Below, in pieces: positions 27,302 to 37,210 of a stretch of 64,000 nucleotides of DNA. The notes beneath the pieces are model-generated. The model made no database searches, had not been told where the DNA came from, and saw nothing but the letters and a program-made list of their open reading frames with translations. Location: NCBI GenBank assembly GCA_027491435.1, contig JAOZFG010000003.1:1-64000 (forward strand), in the 5' to 3' direction. The stretch is from Thermoproteota archaeon. Its GTDB lineage: Archaea > Korarchaeota > Korarchaeia > Korarchaeales > Korarchaeaceae. A program made the position numbers and the translations under genes. Each line of letters begins with the position of its first letter. Within the stretch, counting starts at the first letter, position 1.

Positions 27302-27871
27302 GTGGCCTCAATACCTCCTACTGTCTCCTACGTCATGGCGGTCTTAGACATGCTAGCTACCTCCATAGCTGCATACATAGCCTGGCTCTCCTACAAGGGT
27401 TACAAGTACGGGTTCCCCAGGATGAGGACGACTTTGGTCTCCTTCTCAGCGCTCAGCCTATCCTTTACAGCTTCAGCTTACGTGTCCCTGCTCCTATCCT
27501 CGCCGCCAAGGGGACCGCCAACTTCGTGGATGCCTCACCTTCTGAGGAATCCCCTGTTCATCGCCGTGCAGTTCGGTTACGCCGTGAGCTACCTAACGTT
27601 ACTGCTGGGATTTAGGAGGGGTGAGGTGGACTATCTTTTCCTCGTGCCCACGTTACCATTCATAGTTGCAATAGCAGTCTACCTGGCGAGCAGGGAGAGG
27701 GCCTCTCCAAAGGCTCAGGTAACTTACTTAGGTTTGGCCCTGTCTCACCTGATCACAACTCTGGCCTTCCTGACGTATAAGCCATGGCTCCTGATAGTAG
27801 GAGAGCTGGTGAGGTCTCTTTCCCTAATCCCCATTGCAATCTTGCTAGGGGAGGCCTGGCATGAGGCGTAA
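27302..27871 (+). CDS. Polytopic membrane protein
   Basis: About six hydrophobic helices; overlaps the downstream wHTH gene. Confidence 0.7.
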   Translation: MASIPPTVSYVMAVLDMLATSIAAYIAWLSYKGYKYGFPRMRTTLVSFSALSLSFTASAYVSLLLSSPPRGPPTSWMPHLLRNPLFIAVQFGYAVSYLTLLLGFRRGEVDYLFLVPTLPFIVAIAVYLASRERASPKAQVTYLGLALSHLITTLAFLTYKPWLLIVGELVRSLSLIPIAILLGEAWHEA

Positions 27872-28124
27872 GTACAGGTCTCAGGCCGCCATAGTATGCG
27901 ACATACTGGAGGCCATATCATCCAAGCCGGGCATAGCTCCCTCTAGGTTAAGCCAGGAGGTAAACGTGCCCTACACGAGGCTAGTTGAGTATTTGGAGCT
28001 CCTCAAGGAGAAAGGGTTAATATTTGATGATAAAGGACTCAATCTAACGGAGGAGGGCTTTAAAATTTTGGTTGAGATGAGGAGGATTAGGAGGATATTC
28101 TCCTCTCTTGGGCTTAAGCTTTAA
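27861..28124 (+). CDS. Winged-helix transcriptional regulator (HTH_45/ArnR1-like)
   Basis: RS...IVCDILEAI, NVPYTRLVEYL..L...GLI, LTEEG. Confidence 0.82.
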   Translation: MRRKYRSQAAIVCDILEAISSKPGIAPSRLSQEVNVPYTRLVEYLELLKEKGLIFDDKGLNLTEEGFKILVEMRRIRRIFSSLGLKL

Positions 28125-29141
28125 TCAGCATATTCTCGGAACCACTGCCCCTAGGGGCCTCTCCATCACTCTAAGCCCGCCCACCTTAGTTTCCAAGATC
28201 ACCATTCCTCGATACTTGGAGCTCTCCTTGACCTCGCCTATTATCGAGGCCCTATCGCACCCTCTCTCCTTAAGGAAGTTTAACACGTCCTCAGAGACCT
28301 CCGGGCTAACTCCCAGGACGGCCTTGCCCTCTGAGGCCAGTTGCAATGGGTCCACTCCCAGAAGCTCTGAGAGGGCCTTAACTTCTTCGGCTATTGGTAT
28401 CGATTCCTCCCTAACGGTTATTAGGAGGCCAGTCTTGGAGGCCCACTCGTTCAGGACCTGCGCTAAACCTCCTCTAGTTGGATCTTGGGCAGCCCTTATC
28501 TGGTCCCCGAACTCCTCTAGGAGGGGGAGCATAACCTGGGTCAGAGGCTTGACGTCGCTCTCAACGCCTTCAATCCCCTGTTGAGCTGCTAGTATAGCGG
28601 CTCCGTGATCCCCAACCGTTCCTGTAACCAGCAACTTATCTCCAGGTTTTAAGGAGGAGTCCAGTATCGGCTTCTCAGCCCAACCCACGCCTACGGTTGT
28701 TATCACCACGCCCCTCAAATCTCCGAAGGGCATGACCTTGAAGTCCCCGCCTACAAGCTTAACGCCGTTCTCCCTAAAGACCTGAATCATGCTGGAGGTT
28801 ATCTTCTTGAGCTCCTCTAACTCAAAGCCCTCCTGAACTATGATTGAGTCCATAGCTGCTACAGGCTTGGCTCCCATCATTAGAACGTCGTTAATCGTGC
28901 CGGACGCTGCTAATACCCCGAGGTTGCCTCCGGGAAAGAAGGGCGGATTTACCGTGTAGGAGTCGACGCTCATCACCAGGTGATTCTCGCCTGCAGGCAG
29001 TGTGGCTCCATCATCTAGTTCATCAGTCCCGACCCCTCCCTCAACCCTCTTCATGTCCTCATCCAGTAGGGAGAGGATGAGCTTTTGTACCATGTCTTGG
29101 GTGGCCTTTCCTCCAGCCCCGTGAGATAAGTTCACTCTCAT
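28125..29141 (-). CDS. hypE: Hydrogenase maturation protein HypE
   Basis: LSHGAGG, DSYTVNPPFFPGG, GTINDV, DPTRGG, C-terminal PRIC. Confidence 0.96.
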   Translation of the reverse strand: MRVNLSHGAGGKATQDMVQKLILSLLDEDMKRVEGGVGTDELDDGATLPAGENHLVMSVDSYTVNPPFFPGGNLGVLAASGTINDVLMMGAKPVAAMDSIIVQEGFELEELKKITSSMIQVFRENGVKLVGGDFKVMPFGDLRGVVITTVGVGWAEKPILDSSLKPGDKLLVTGTVGDHGAAILAAQQGIEGVESDVKPLTQVMLPLLEEFGDQIRAAQDPTRGGLAQVLNEWASKTGLLITVREESIPIAEEVKALSELLGVDPLQLASEGKAVLGVSPEVSEDVLNFLKERGCDRASIIGEVKESSKYRGMVILETKVGGLRVMERPLGAVVPRIC

Positions 29142-29363
29142 CTAATCACCTAAAGATTCCAGCAGCTCTTGCCAGGTCTTTATCATATCCTTAGCCTCCT
29201 CCTCGTTAACTTTTGAGATTATCATGCCCACGTGAACGATAACGTAGTCGCCTGGGCTAACCTCCTCCAGCGTGGCGTCTACCTCCCTCCTTATCCCGTT
29301 GAAGTCGACAAGGGCCCTCCTGCCCTTAACCTCGATAACCCTACCGGGAATCCCCAGGCACAT
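29142..29363 (-). CDS. hypC: Hydrogenase assembly chaperone HypC
   Basis: MCLGIPG and GDYVIVHVG. Confidence 0.96.
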   Translation of the reverse strand: MCLGIPGRVIEVKGRRALVDFNGIRREVDATLEEVSPGDYVIVHVGMIISKVNEEEAKDMIKTWQELLESLGD

Positions 29364-30111
29364 TGATTATCACCTCCACCAGGTCGTTAAAGGCTCTCTC
29401 AAGCTCTGGAGAAGACTTATGCGGTGGATCGCCGGACCTGATAGCCTCCTCTACCGAGGGCTCCATGGGTATTCTGGCTATCACCCTAACGCCCAAGTTC
29501 GAGTAGTCGACCTCGCCGAAGGGCTTCACCTTCTCGCCCCCACAGCTCAGATAGCTCATGTTCTCAACTACTCCCAGCAGGGAAAATCTCTCGTCCCTTA
29601 TCATGTTAATGGCCCTCCTCACGACCTCGATGGAGGCCTTAGATGGAGTGGTGACCACCAACACCTTAGACTTCCTCCTGTTAAACGACCTGAGGGCCCA
29701 GAGGAACTCATCACCTGTGCCAGGGGGCATGTCAACCACCAGGTTATTGGCCGACCACTTGGTCATGGCCATCATCGTGTAAATCAGGGGCCACTTGTCC
29801 TCACCCTTGAACGGGAGGGGAGTCCCTTCCGTGAGTAAGGCTAGGGACATGTACTCCACCTCACCTCTCCTCGCCGGTATTAACCCCTCCTTGCTGGCCC
29901 TTACCCTGCCAACACCTAGAAAAGATGTTGTTGATGGTCCGTGAAGGTCTAGGTCAAGAAGGCCCACCGACAGGCCCCTGTCTGCCATGGTCAGAGCTAA
30001 ACAGGAGGAGACGAAGCTCTTGCCCACGCCTCCCTTTCCCGAAGCTACTATCACCACCCTTTCAAATTCAGAAGCCTTCTTAAGGGCCCATCTTCCCAAG
30101 AAGTCGTTCAT
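29341..30111 (-). CDS. Mrp/NBP35-family ATPase, probably ATPase-type HypB
   Basis: SGKGGVGKS, DLDLHGPS, DMPPGTGD, VENMS without the Fe-S CxxC; sits between hypA and hypC. Thermococcales use a Mrp/MinD-type HypB. Confidence 0.8.
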   Translation of the reverse strand: MNDFLGRWALKKASEFERVVIVASGKGGVGKSFVSSCLALTMADRGLSVGLLDLDLHGPSTTSFLGVGRVRASKEGLIPARRGEVEYMSLALLTEGTPLPFKGEDKWPLIYTMMAMTKWSANNLVVDMPPGTGDEFLWALRSFNRRKSKVLVVTTPSKASIEVVRRAINMIRDERFSLLGVVENMSYLSCGGEKVKPFGEVDYSNLGVRVIARIPMEPSVEEAIRSGDPPHKSSPELERAFNDLVEVIINVPGDSR

Positions 30112-30533
30112 CTGGATCCCTCCAGCCTAGAAACCCTGATTCCCTTGCCTTTAATCGCCTGGAAGTCCCTGCTCTGACATTTAGGGCACTTAATCAGGGC
30201 TGGGGCCAGCTCGGGTATGAAGTGAACAGAGCTTTCCTCAACGCCCTCCTCTAACACCTTCCTGTCACCCTCTATCAGCTCGTGAGAGAACTCCCACTCG
30301 TTGCCGCACCTGGAACACCTGAACACCGTAGGCTCCTCAACGACCGAGAATTCTACGCTCTCAAAGGACCCTCCCTTGGATAGCTCTGTTAGGGCCTCCT
30401 TCAGCAGGGATCCGTCCAGCTCCATCACGCTACCATAACTGACTTCTACGAAGTGAACGTTGGACAGGCCCTCTGACTTGGCCAAGTCTTCCAGGGCATC
30501 TAGGATCATAAACGCAATTGACCACTCGTGCAT
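30108..30533 (-). CDS. hypA: Hydrogenase nickel incorporation protein HypA
   Basis: MHEWSIA, CSRC and CPKC; HFIPEL insertion. Confidence 0.93.
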   Translation of the reverse strand: MHEWSIAFMILDALEDLAKSEGLSNVHFVEVSYGSVMELDGSLLKEALTELSKGGSFESVEFSVVEEPTVFRCSRCGNEWEFSHELIEGDRKVLEEGVEESSVHFIPELAPALIKCPKCQSRDFQAIKGKGIRVSRLEGSR

Positions 30534-31087
30534 CAGGCGCCCCCACACCTGAACATGCCTTCAAGAAAGGCCTTCTCGTTCACCTTCATGGGGAACCCCC
30601 TCTTCCCTAACTCCCTAGTTAGCAGGCGAAGGGCCTTTAAACTGGCTGTCACAACTTCATCTGAAAGATTTTCCCCGAGATCTACCTCTTTAACGGCGAT
30701 CCCCACCACGTAAGCCTCTGGCAGGTATCCCAAGGAGGCTGCAGCCGCCAGCAGAATGTCTGGTGTTATCCCGTGGCTACCGTACTCGGCGACCATCCTT
30801 ATGGCCTCCCTAGACACTTGGGGGTTCACCTTGTACAGGATCACTTGCCCTGGCTCTCCCTGGACGGCATCCACTATGTAGGCCAGCTCAACCCCCTCAA
30901 AATAGTCAAGGAGGTTCAGGCCTCCAAGCCCGCCATCAACCACCAGAAGCCACTCATGATTAATCAGGGAGCCCAGGACCTCGGCGAAGCAGGAGCCCAC
31001 CCCGTCGTCCCCGAGGAGCCTGTTGCCCACACCCATTATCAGGACCTTAGGGCCTCCCTTAACAGGTTCTCCATGACTTGGACACAT
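30533..31087 (-). CDS. Hydrogenase maturation endopeptidase
   Basis: GVGNRLLGDDGVG, VDGG, IVDAV, SHG. Confidence 0.92.
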   Translation of the reverse strand: MCPSHGEPVKGGPKVLIMGVGNRLLGDDGVGSCFAEVLGSLINHEWLLVVDGGLGGLNLLDYFEGVELAYIVDAVQGEPGQVILYKVNPQVSREAIRMVAEYGSHGITPDILLAAAASLGYLPEAYVVGIAVKEVDLGENLSDEVVTASLKALRLLTRELGKRGFPMKVNEKAFLEGMFRCGGA

Positions 31088-31680
31088 TTTCCATCATCTT
31101 CCCAACTTCCTTCAATTATCGAGAACCTTTTAACCCCGGCTAGAACGGCTAGAGCGGTGGCCAAGTCCTCAGGGTCCCTGGACCCGGTCATAGATTTGGA
31201 TATTAGCTCGTTCGCCTCCACCTTATCCCCTGGGACCTCAGCCTGAAACTCCCTTTTGGAGAGCTCACAGGGCCCCTCCTCTATCCTCACTATGACCACT
31301 TGGTCCGGTCCCATTTGCCTGATCTCCTCGACGTCTGCCAGCGGATAGTGGGTGACGTCCATCAGCCTCACGCCAGGGAACTTGGGCAACCTATCTACGG
31401 GAACGTCAGCTGACATGTATAGCACGAGTTTAGTACCCATCCTTATCACCTTTCCGCCCGCCCTCAGGCCAGATAGTTCAGACACTCCGAGGGACCTGAG
31501 CACCTCCTCCTTCATCTTGTCCACGTCCTCATCTCTGGCGTTGGGCATCTGGTAAAGGAATCCCTCCACTCCAAGGAGTTTGAGGGCTTCTCCTTTTACC
31601 TTGGCCTTCTGATCCTCTACCTCTCTAGCTATTGACAGGAAGACCTTCACGACCTCTTTAAGGTTCATCGGGACACCCAA
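31039..31680 (-). CDS. Hypothetical hydrogenase-operon protein
   Basis: 213-aa ORF between isp2 and the protease gene; no catalytic motif recognised. Confidence 0.65.
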   Translation of the reverse strand: MGVPMNLKEVVKVFLSIAREVEDQKAKVKGEALKLLGVEGFLYQMPNARDEDVDKMKEEVLRSLGVSELSGLRAGGKVIRMGTKLVLYMSADVPVDRLPKFPGVRLMDVTHYPLADVEEIRQMGPDQVVIVRIEEGPCELSKREFQAEVPGDKVEANELISKSMTGSRDPEDLATALAVLAGVKRFSIIEGSWEDDGKCVQVMENLLREALRS

Positions 31681-31684
31681 AAAA

Positions 31685-33004
31685 TTATGGGAGGTAGTCC
31701 TGGAGGTAGGAGACTATGTGAACCGCCTTAAACTCCTTGCCGAACTTCTTGGCCCCTTTGTTTATCGTGTGGATGCAGGTGGAGCACCCGGTGACTACGA
31801 GCTCCGCCCCTGACTCTTCTATCTCGTCCACTTTGTTCTTGACGGCGACTAGGTGATCTTTCTCAAGCTCCTCACAGAACTTGGCACTGGAGATTAATTC
31901 GCCCAGCAGCTCCCTCAGCATTCTCCTCCCCTCCTCGGCCATTAAAGATATTCCAGTCCCCCCTCCGCAGCAGTGGGAGTACATCCCTATACCCTTTGGT
32001 AGGTCCCTGTACTGCTTTGAGGTGGCTTTAATCAGGTGCCTGGGCTCCTCTATGAGGCCGCCTCCCCTAGCCATCTTGCAGGGGTCGTGCCAAGTCACCT
32101 TAACCCCGTCTTGTTTCAGATTGAGCTTGCCCTCGGAGTACATTTCGTGGAGGAGTTCTACCACATGAATCACCTTGAAGGGAGCCCTTTCACCGAGCAC
32201 GAAGGGGAGCTCGAACCTTAAGTCCATGTAGGGAGTGCCTCCATGGGATAGCAGCGCCGCCTTCCCTTTGTGGGACTTCACGTAATCCACTATCCTCTTG
32301 AAGACCACCTTTCTGGCCTTCTTGTCGCCCATTATGGTTCCTAACGCCGGTTCTATGGCCAGGGGTTTGGAGGGCATGCTCCAGTTCAGGTTAAGCTTGT
32401 CGAGAAGTTTGACCGTGTCAACTATGACCTCTGGAGTGAGTATGGCCTCTATAAGCCAGGGAAGGTATATTAGGTCGGCTGGCCTGTCAAGGGGAAGCTC
32501 CCCGCCAATTGCCTCCTGAGCCCTCTTAAGCGCCTCGTTCCAAGCGCTAATAAGCCCGTTGGGGAAGTTCCCTGAAACTTCCACGTCCTTTAGTACGGTG
32601 AGGCAGGAGGGGGTCATCCCAACCCTATCTATTATCTGCCTGAGCATCATGATGAGCTCTCCGCTATAAATGCCTAGGGGACACGTCTGGTAGCAGTACC
32701 TGCAGTTGGTACACCTGTAAGCCATCTCCCTTATCCTTTCCAAGTCCTCTTTGTCCCTGGGGAGCTTAGCCCCCACCAGCTCACCCAGAATTTTGCCCGC
32801 GAAGGTCATCTCCTTCCTGTAGATGAACCTCATCTCCTCAGCCTTGTTGACGGGCTCGTACTTGACGTCTGCGTAGTAGAATGGGCAGTGAGGTCCGCAA
32901 AGGCCGCAGGAAACGCAGCCCTCCAGGTAATGTAACCTAACAGGGTCTACCTCCCTGAGAACTGATCTTATGGCCTCTTGAACGCTCATAACCCCCTCCT
33001 CCAT
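31685..33004 (-). CDS. Isp2/HdrD/DsrK-like Fe-S oxidoreductase
   Basis: CVSCGLCGPHCP and CTNCRYCYQTCP; C-terminal CCG domain (HDPC..CCGGG..CSTC). Confidence 0.85.
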   Translation of the reverse strand: MEEGVMSVQEAIRSVLREVDPVRLHYLEGCVSCGLCGPHCPFYYADVKYEPVNKAEEMRFIYRKEMTFAGKILGELVGAKLPRDKEDLERIREMAYRCTNCRYCYQTCPLGIYSGELIMMLRQIIDRVGMTPSCLTVLKDVEVSGNFPNGLISAWNEALKRAQEAIGGELPLDRPADLIYLPWLIEAILTPEVIVDTVKLLDKLNLNWSMPSKPLAIEPALGTIMGDKKARKVVFKRIVDYVKSHKGKAALLSHGGTPYMDLRFELPFVLGERAPFKVIHVVELLHEMYSEGKLNLKQDGVKVTWHDPCKMARGGGLIEEPRHLIKATSKQYRDLPKGIGMYSHCCGGGTGISLMAEEGRRMLRELLGELISSAKFCEELEKDHLVAVKNKVDEIEESGAELVVTGCSTCIHTINKGAKKFGKEFKAVHIVSYLQDYLP

Positions 33005-33771
33005 ATGTCATAAACCTCGTGAAGCTTCCCGAACCAGAAGTTGAAGACGAAGTGGAAGAACTTCGTGAAAGGAAGCAAGATGACTAGGAGCTCCGCGCTA
33101 AGTATGTGAAGTCCCAGGACGTTCTTGTAGGTGACCACGTCGCCAAAGGGCAGGTGATGTGTAGCCATGTAGCCTGTAACTAGGATGAAAAGTAAGAGGA
33201 TCAGCGCTGAAAAGTCGCCCCAGTTCACCCTCTGCAGCCTGTGCTTAACCTTAGCCACCACCCTATCGGCCAGCTTGAAGGCAGTAGCCACTATGGCCAG
33301 CACCGCTAATACGTCCCCGTTAAGCACGACGGTAAGCGGACCCCATATTGTGTTTACGAACTTGAAGGACATTCCACTCACTGGCTGTAGAGGAGCTGTG
33401 ACCGTTAGGGATGAGCTAGTCGCACTGGTAGGTATTGCTAGGAAAGAGAGAGCTTGATATGGCGGGAAATAGTAGGACCACCAGGCCACGTGATGACTCA
33501 GGAGGAAGAGCAGAGGTATAACCCCTAACGTGTGGAGCACTAGGAGGCCCACTAGGAAGTCCACCCTAGACTTCTTCGCCGCCGCTATTATAGCGTGGAT
33601 AAAAGAGTCGATGAGGAGGAACGCCCTCCTAGCCAGGGGCCTTTTCCTCCACTCTGGTCTAGCGGTCTTCCTGTACGTGAACGCGTACCTGGAGAGGCGG
33701 TATATCAACCCAAAAGTGAAAAGCGCAATTGAGGGTAAGAACATGTCGTAAACGGCGAACTCGTATATCAT
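32986..33771 (-). CDS. Isp1/NarI/DsrM-like di-heme b membrane anchor
   Basis: About five TM helices with His residues; LHILSAELL..LPFTKFFH motif. Confidence 0.82.
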   Translation of the reverse strand: MIYEFAVYDMFLPSIALFTFGLIYRLSRYAFTYRKTARPEWRKRPLARRAFLLIDSFIHAIIAAAKKSRVDFLVGLLVLHTLGVIPLLFLLSHHVAWWSYYFPPYQALSFLAIPTSATSSSLTVTAPLQPVSGMSFKFVNTIWGPLTVVLNGDVLAVLAIVATAFKLADRVVAKVKHRLQRVNWGDFSALILLLFILVTGYMATHHLPFGDVVTYKNVLGLHILSAELLVILLPFTKFFHFVFNFWFGKLHEVYDIWRRGL

Positions 33772-33780
33772 ACTCCCCCC

Positions 33781-35556
33781 TCAGACGGTGCACATGGGGG
33801 TGACCAGCTTCTCAATGCGCCTGTTTCCGACGAATATGTGCACTGAGCAAGCTATGCAGGGGTCGAAGCTCCTTATCGCCCTGACCAGGTCTAGCCCTGT
33901 CCACTCATCCGGCCCTACCTCCTCAGTTATGGCAGTTCCTATCACCGACTGCTCGTATGGACCTGTGGCTCCAAACCTACCCTTGGGCGAGAGGTTTGCC
34001 GTGGTCGGGGCGTGTACCTGGTAATTCTTTATCCTGTAGTTCTCCACAACCATCCAGTGCCTGACGCTTCCCCTGGGAGCTTCATCGAACCCGAAGCCCA
34101 CAGCATGTGAGGGTCTCTTCCACGGCCTTGAGGTCTCTAAACTTCCCTTCTTGGCCAAGTCAAGGCCCACCAGGAGGAAATGCCAGGCTGCAGCCACGTC
34201 CAGAGCTACGTTGTAGGCTCTAGCCCTCATCCTCTCTATAGTGGTGGAGGCGCCGACCTTAGGTATATTCCACTCGAAGGTCACGGGCTCCCAAGTGCCC
34301 TGAGGAAGCTCAGAGACCCCGTTGGTCCTGGGAAGATCTATCCTCACCTTACCCCCGCTGTGAAGCGCCTGAACCCACATCCTGGCTATGGGACCAACCT
34401 CTATGGGCCTTATCCTACCATCCTTCCAGACGTACCTGACTGTGCCGGTCCAGGTGTACTTCTCCTTCCAGTTCTGGGCCACCGGGTTGGGTATGGTAGT
34501 CTTGTTCCACGGGTGATACTTGGCCAGCTCTTCCCTTCCCCAGACGACCTGATTACCTAAAGGATCCTCCTGAACGAAGAGCGTGTCCCAGTCCTGATAG
34601 AAGCCCCTATCAACGAGCTCTACTGTGCCCACGTTCATGTCGGTCAGCTTGTCCGTGACGAGCTCTCCGTCGAGTATGAGGCCTGGCTTCAGAAACCTCT
34701 TCCTCCCGGCGTCGTCAACGTTCCCGTAGATTTCCTCGTAGCTCTCTCCCAAGGAGGAATAGGTTTCCGGATCATCGAATATACCTACAGATAGCAGATT
34801 TGGCTTCTCATAAGTCATTCCCTGTTTCTCGTACCCGATTGAGTTGAAGAAGTTCGCTATATCCTCCCAGACAGCTACCACCATCTTAACCCAGGCGGTG
34901 AGCTTGGTCAGCCTGTAAGAATACTGGATCAGTGAATCTACAGTGACCGTAGCTCCTATGCCCCCGGGTATCAGGGTTCTGGGGTGCGGGTGGGTCCCGT
35001 AGAAGAGCACTCCCGCCTGTCTGGCCAGCCTCTGCATTTTGAGGGCCAACATGTAGATCTTGCCCTCCAACGGGTTTAACCCATCTAACAGGTCTCCCAC
35101 AGTTGAGAATCCATGTATATCGGAGTTTTCAGCTTTAGTCGCCTTTGCCTCCTCGTAGACTGATGGGGTCAGCTTGGAGATCACGGCACCGCTGTAGTCA
35201 GGGCCCGCCAGTATGTTCAGGTGAGTCGGGTGATCGTAAATGTGATCGGTGACCGCCCAAGCTAAGTTCCTTATTACGACTCCAAAGGGTTTAGGAACGG
35301 CGCCCAGGGCCATGTCGTTAGCCTTTACCGAGGCGTTGGCATGAGATGCTGCACAGACTCCGCATATCCTGCTAGTCAGGTGTATGGCGTCGGGAGGCTC
35401 CCTCCCCCTTAAGAAGATCTCAAACCCCCTGAACATGGTGGAGAAAGCCCAAGCCTCCTTGACCACCTTGTTGCCCGTGTCCACGACGGCGTTGAGCCCG
35501 AGGTGGCCCTCTATCCTGGTGATGGGGTCTATGAAAATTACCCTCTCTCCCATCAC
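33781..35556 (-). CDS. [NiFe]-hydrogenase large subunit (group 1, probably crenarchaeal 1g-like)
   Basis: IDPITRIEGH, L1 RICGVC, EAPRG, L2 DPCIACSVH followed by a cleavable C-terminal tail. Confidence 0.95.
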   Translation of the reverse strand: MMGERVIFIDPITRIEGHLGLNAVVDTGNKVVKEAWAFSTMFRGFEIFLRGREPPDAIHLTSRICGVCAASHANASVKANDMALGAVPKPFGVVIRNLAWAVTDHIYDHPTHLNILAGPDYSGAVISKLTPSVYEEAKATKAENSDIHGFSTVGDLLDGLNPLEGKIYMLALKMQRLARQAGVLFYGTHPHPRTLIPGGIGATVTVDSLIQYSYRLTKLTAWVKMVVAVWEDIANFFNSIGYEKQGMTYEKPNLLSVGIFDDPETYSSLGESYEEIYGNVDDAGRKRFLKPGLILDGELVTDKLTDMNVGTVELVDRGFYQDWDTLFVQEDPLGNQVVWGREELAKYHPWNKTTIPNPVAQNWKEKYTWTGTVRYVWKDGRIRPIEVGPIARMWVQALHSGGKVRIDLPRTNGVSELPQGTWEPVTFEWNIPKVGASTTIERMRARAYNVALDVAAAWHFLLVGLDLAKKGSLETSRPWKRPSHAVGFGFDEAPRGSVRHWMVVENYRIKNYQVHAPTTANLSPKGRFGATGPYEQSVIGTAITEEVGPDEWTGLDLVRAIRSFDPCIACSVHIFVGNRRIEKLVTPMCTV

Positions 35557-36782
35557 TCCTCCACCTCCTTCTTAGTGGGCTTGGTGATGAAGTGACCAGC
35601 TGCCGCTCCCAAGATGGCTGCTGTTGCGGTTAATCCAGCCATCGTTCCTGTATCTGGCATTGACGGGGCCTGTAACGGCTTATAGAACGGTTCGAACCTG
35701 TCCGGGAACCCTGGCATCGTGCAACCGATGCACACCCCTCCAGTCCTAGTAGGGCCGCCTATCCCGTCGATCCACCCCACCCTGTTCCAGGGGCAGTTGC
35801 TTACAGGTCCCTTGCACCCCACCTCGAATAGACACCTGAAGTCATTGTCCCCGGGCTCGTTTCTGAAGTCCCCTGCTGCGTAGAACCCCGCCCTAGGACA
35901 CTGCTCGTGGGTGGTCCTGCCGAATATATACTTGGGCCTCCAGTACTCATCCAGCTCCGGGAGGGAGAGTAAACCGTCCACAGCCAGTATGAGGTGGCCC
36001 AGAACCCTAAGTATGGCGTTGCCGTTGGCAGGACAACCAGGTATCGCCACAGCCGGCCTACAGTCGCTAGTTGGAGAGACTTTAGGGGAGCACTTCCCCT
36101 CTATGAAGTTAAGGAAGGGCTTGGCCTCCGGCCACCTCCTTATAGCTCCCTTTATACCCCTTAATGGGTCATCGAAGAATCCAAAGGCCCCGGTCGGGCT
36201 CTTTCCATCAGCGGCATACCCCTCCTTAACTCTGGTCGCCACTATTCCCCCATAGCAGGCACAGTTGCCCACCGCAACCACGGCAACTGCCCTCTTAAGC
36301 AGCCTTCTGAACCACTCATTCCCAGTTATGGGTCGCCCGTCCTCCTCACCTAAGACGAACCACCAGCCCCCGGTCTTAGCTGCGTGCTCCTCGTACGGGA
36401 AGGATCCCTCTAACACTAGCACGTAGGGGTCGAGCTCACCGGCCTCCGCCTTGTGCAGGTACTCTAAGGCTGCCTCTCCCCATTCAGGCATTATAGTCTC
36501 GTGGAAGACGACTCTCACTTTACCAGGGCCTATAGCGGGATTCTCGCCGACAAGCACTTGTATCAGGTCGGGGGCGTTTCCCTCGATCATGGATATCGTG
36601 TTGCCAGCGCAATCCTGTGCTTCAAACCAGATCAGGTTTACTGATCCCTGTTTCAGCGTTTGAGCCGCCAATCTCTGCAAACTCATTAAGTCAGGCAGCA
36701 TCAATGAGGTAATGGCCGCTAACTTCAAGAAGTCCCTCCTGGAGATCACGATACCTCCGGAGGAGGAATTCCCTTCACCCAT
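35553..36782 (-). CDS. [NiFe]-hydrogenase small subunit, Tat-exported and C-terminally anchored
   Basis: SRRDFLK Tat motif; CAGN, GNCACYGG, PGCP, HEQC, GCKGP, CIGC; C-terminal TM helix. Confidence 0.94.
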   Translation of the reverse strand: MGEGNSSSGGIVISRRDFLKLAAITSLMLPDLMSLQRLAAQTLKQGSVNLIWFEAQDCAGNTISMIEGNAPDLIQVLVGENPAIGPGKVRVVFHETIMPEWGEAALEYLHKAEAGELDPYVLVLEGSFPYEEHAAKTGGWWFVLGEEDGRPITGNEWFRRLLKRAVAVVAVGNCACYGGIVATRVKEGYAADGKSPTGAFGFFDDPLRGIKGAIRRWPEAKPFLNFIEGKCSPKVSPTSDCRPAVAIPGCPANGNAILRVLGHLILAVDGLLSLPELDEYWRPKYIFGRTTHEQCPRAGFYAAGDFRNEPGDNDFRCLFEVGCKGPVSNCPWNRVGWIDGIGGPTRTGGVCIGCTMPGFPDRFEPFYKPLQAPSMPDTGTMAGLTATAAILGAAAGHFITKPTKKEVEE

Positions 36783-36826
36783 TGGAACACCTCACATTAT
36801 ATCATCGTTACAGATACACATACTTA

Positions 36827-36904
36827 CATATTATAACTCTTGCTAATCAATTTAAGGAGACTTATCATATTATAACTCTTGCTAATCAATTTAAGGAGAC
36901 TTAT
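36827..36904. repeat. Perfect 39-bp tandem duplication in the hydrogenase promoter
   Basis: CATATTATAACTCTTGCTAATCAATTTAAGGAGACTTAT occurs twice (36827-36865, 36866-36904). Confidence 0.92.
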
Positions 36905-37210
36905 CCCGCGTCATCCACCTTAATGATAGCTAATATAACTATAGAACGGTGTTATCTCTAATGGAATTTTACACAATTGTTATTATCATCCTTGATTATT
37001 AACGATTTAAGTGTAAAAATATTAAACAAATCTGCAGATTTACTTCATCGTTAATTGAAAAATATGATTTATTATACAAGTTCAGTAATTATTATTTAAT
37101 TATTATCGGGTGTTAATATTTAAATTAATTAAATAAACGAATTAGCGGAATGATTTTGTGTGAAGTGCCGGGTATGCTAGCTTATATCGATTAAACGTTG
37201 GATATAATGT

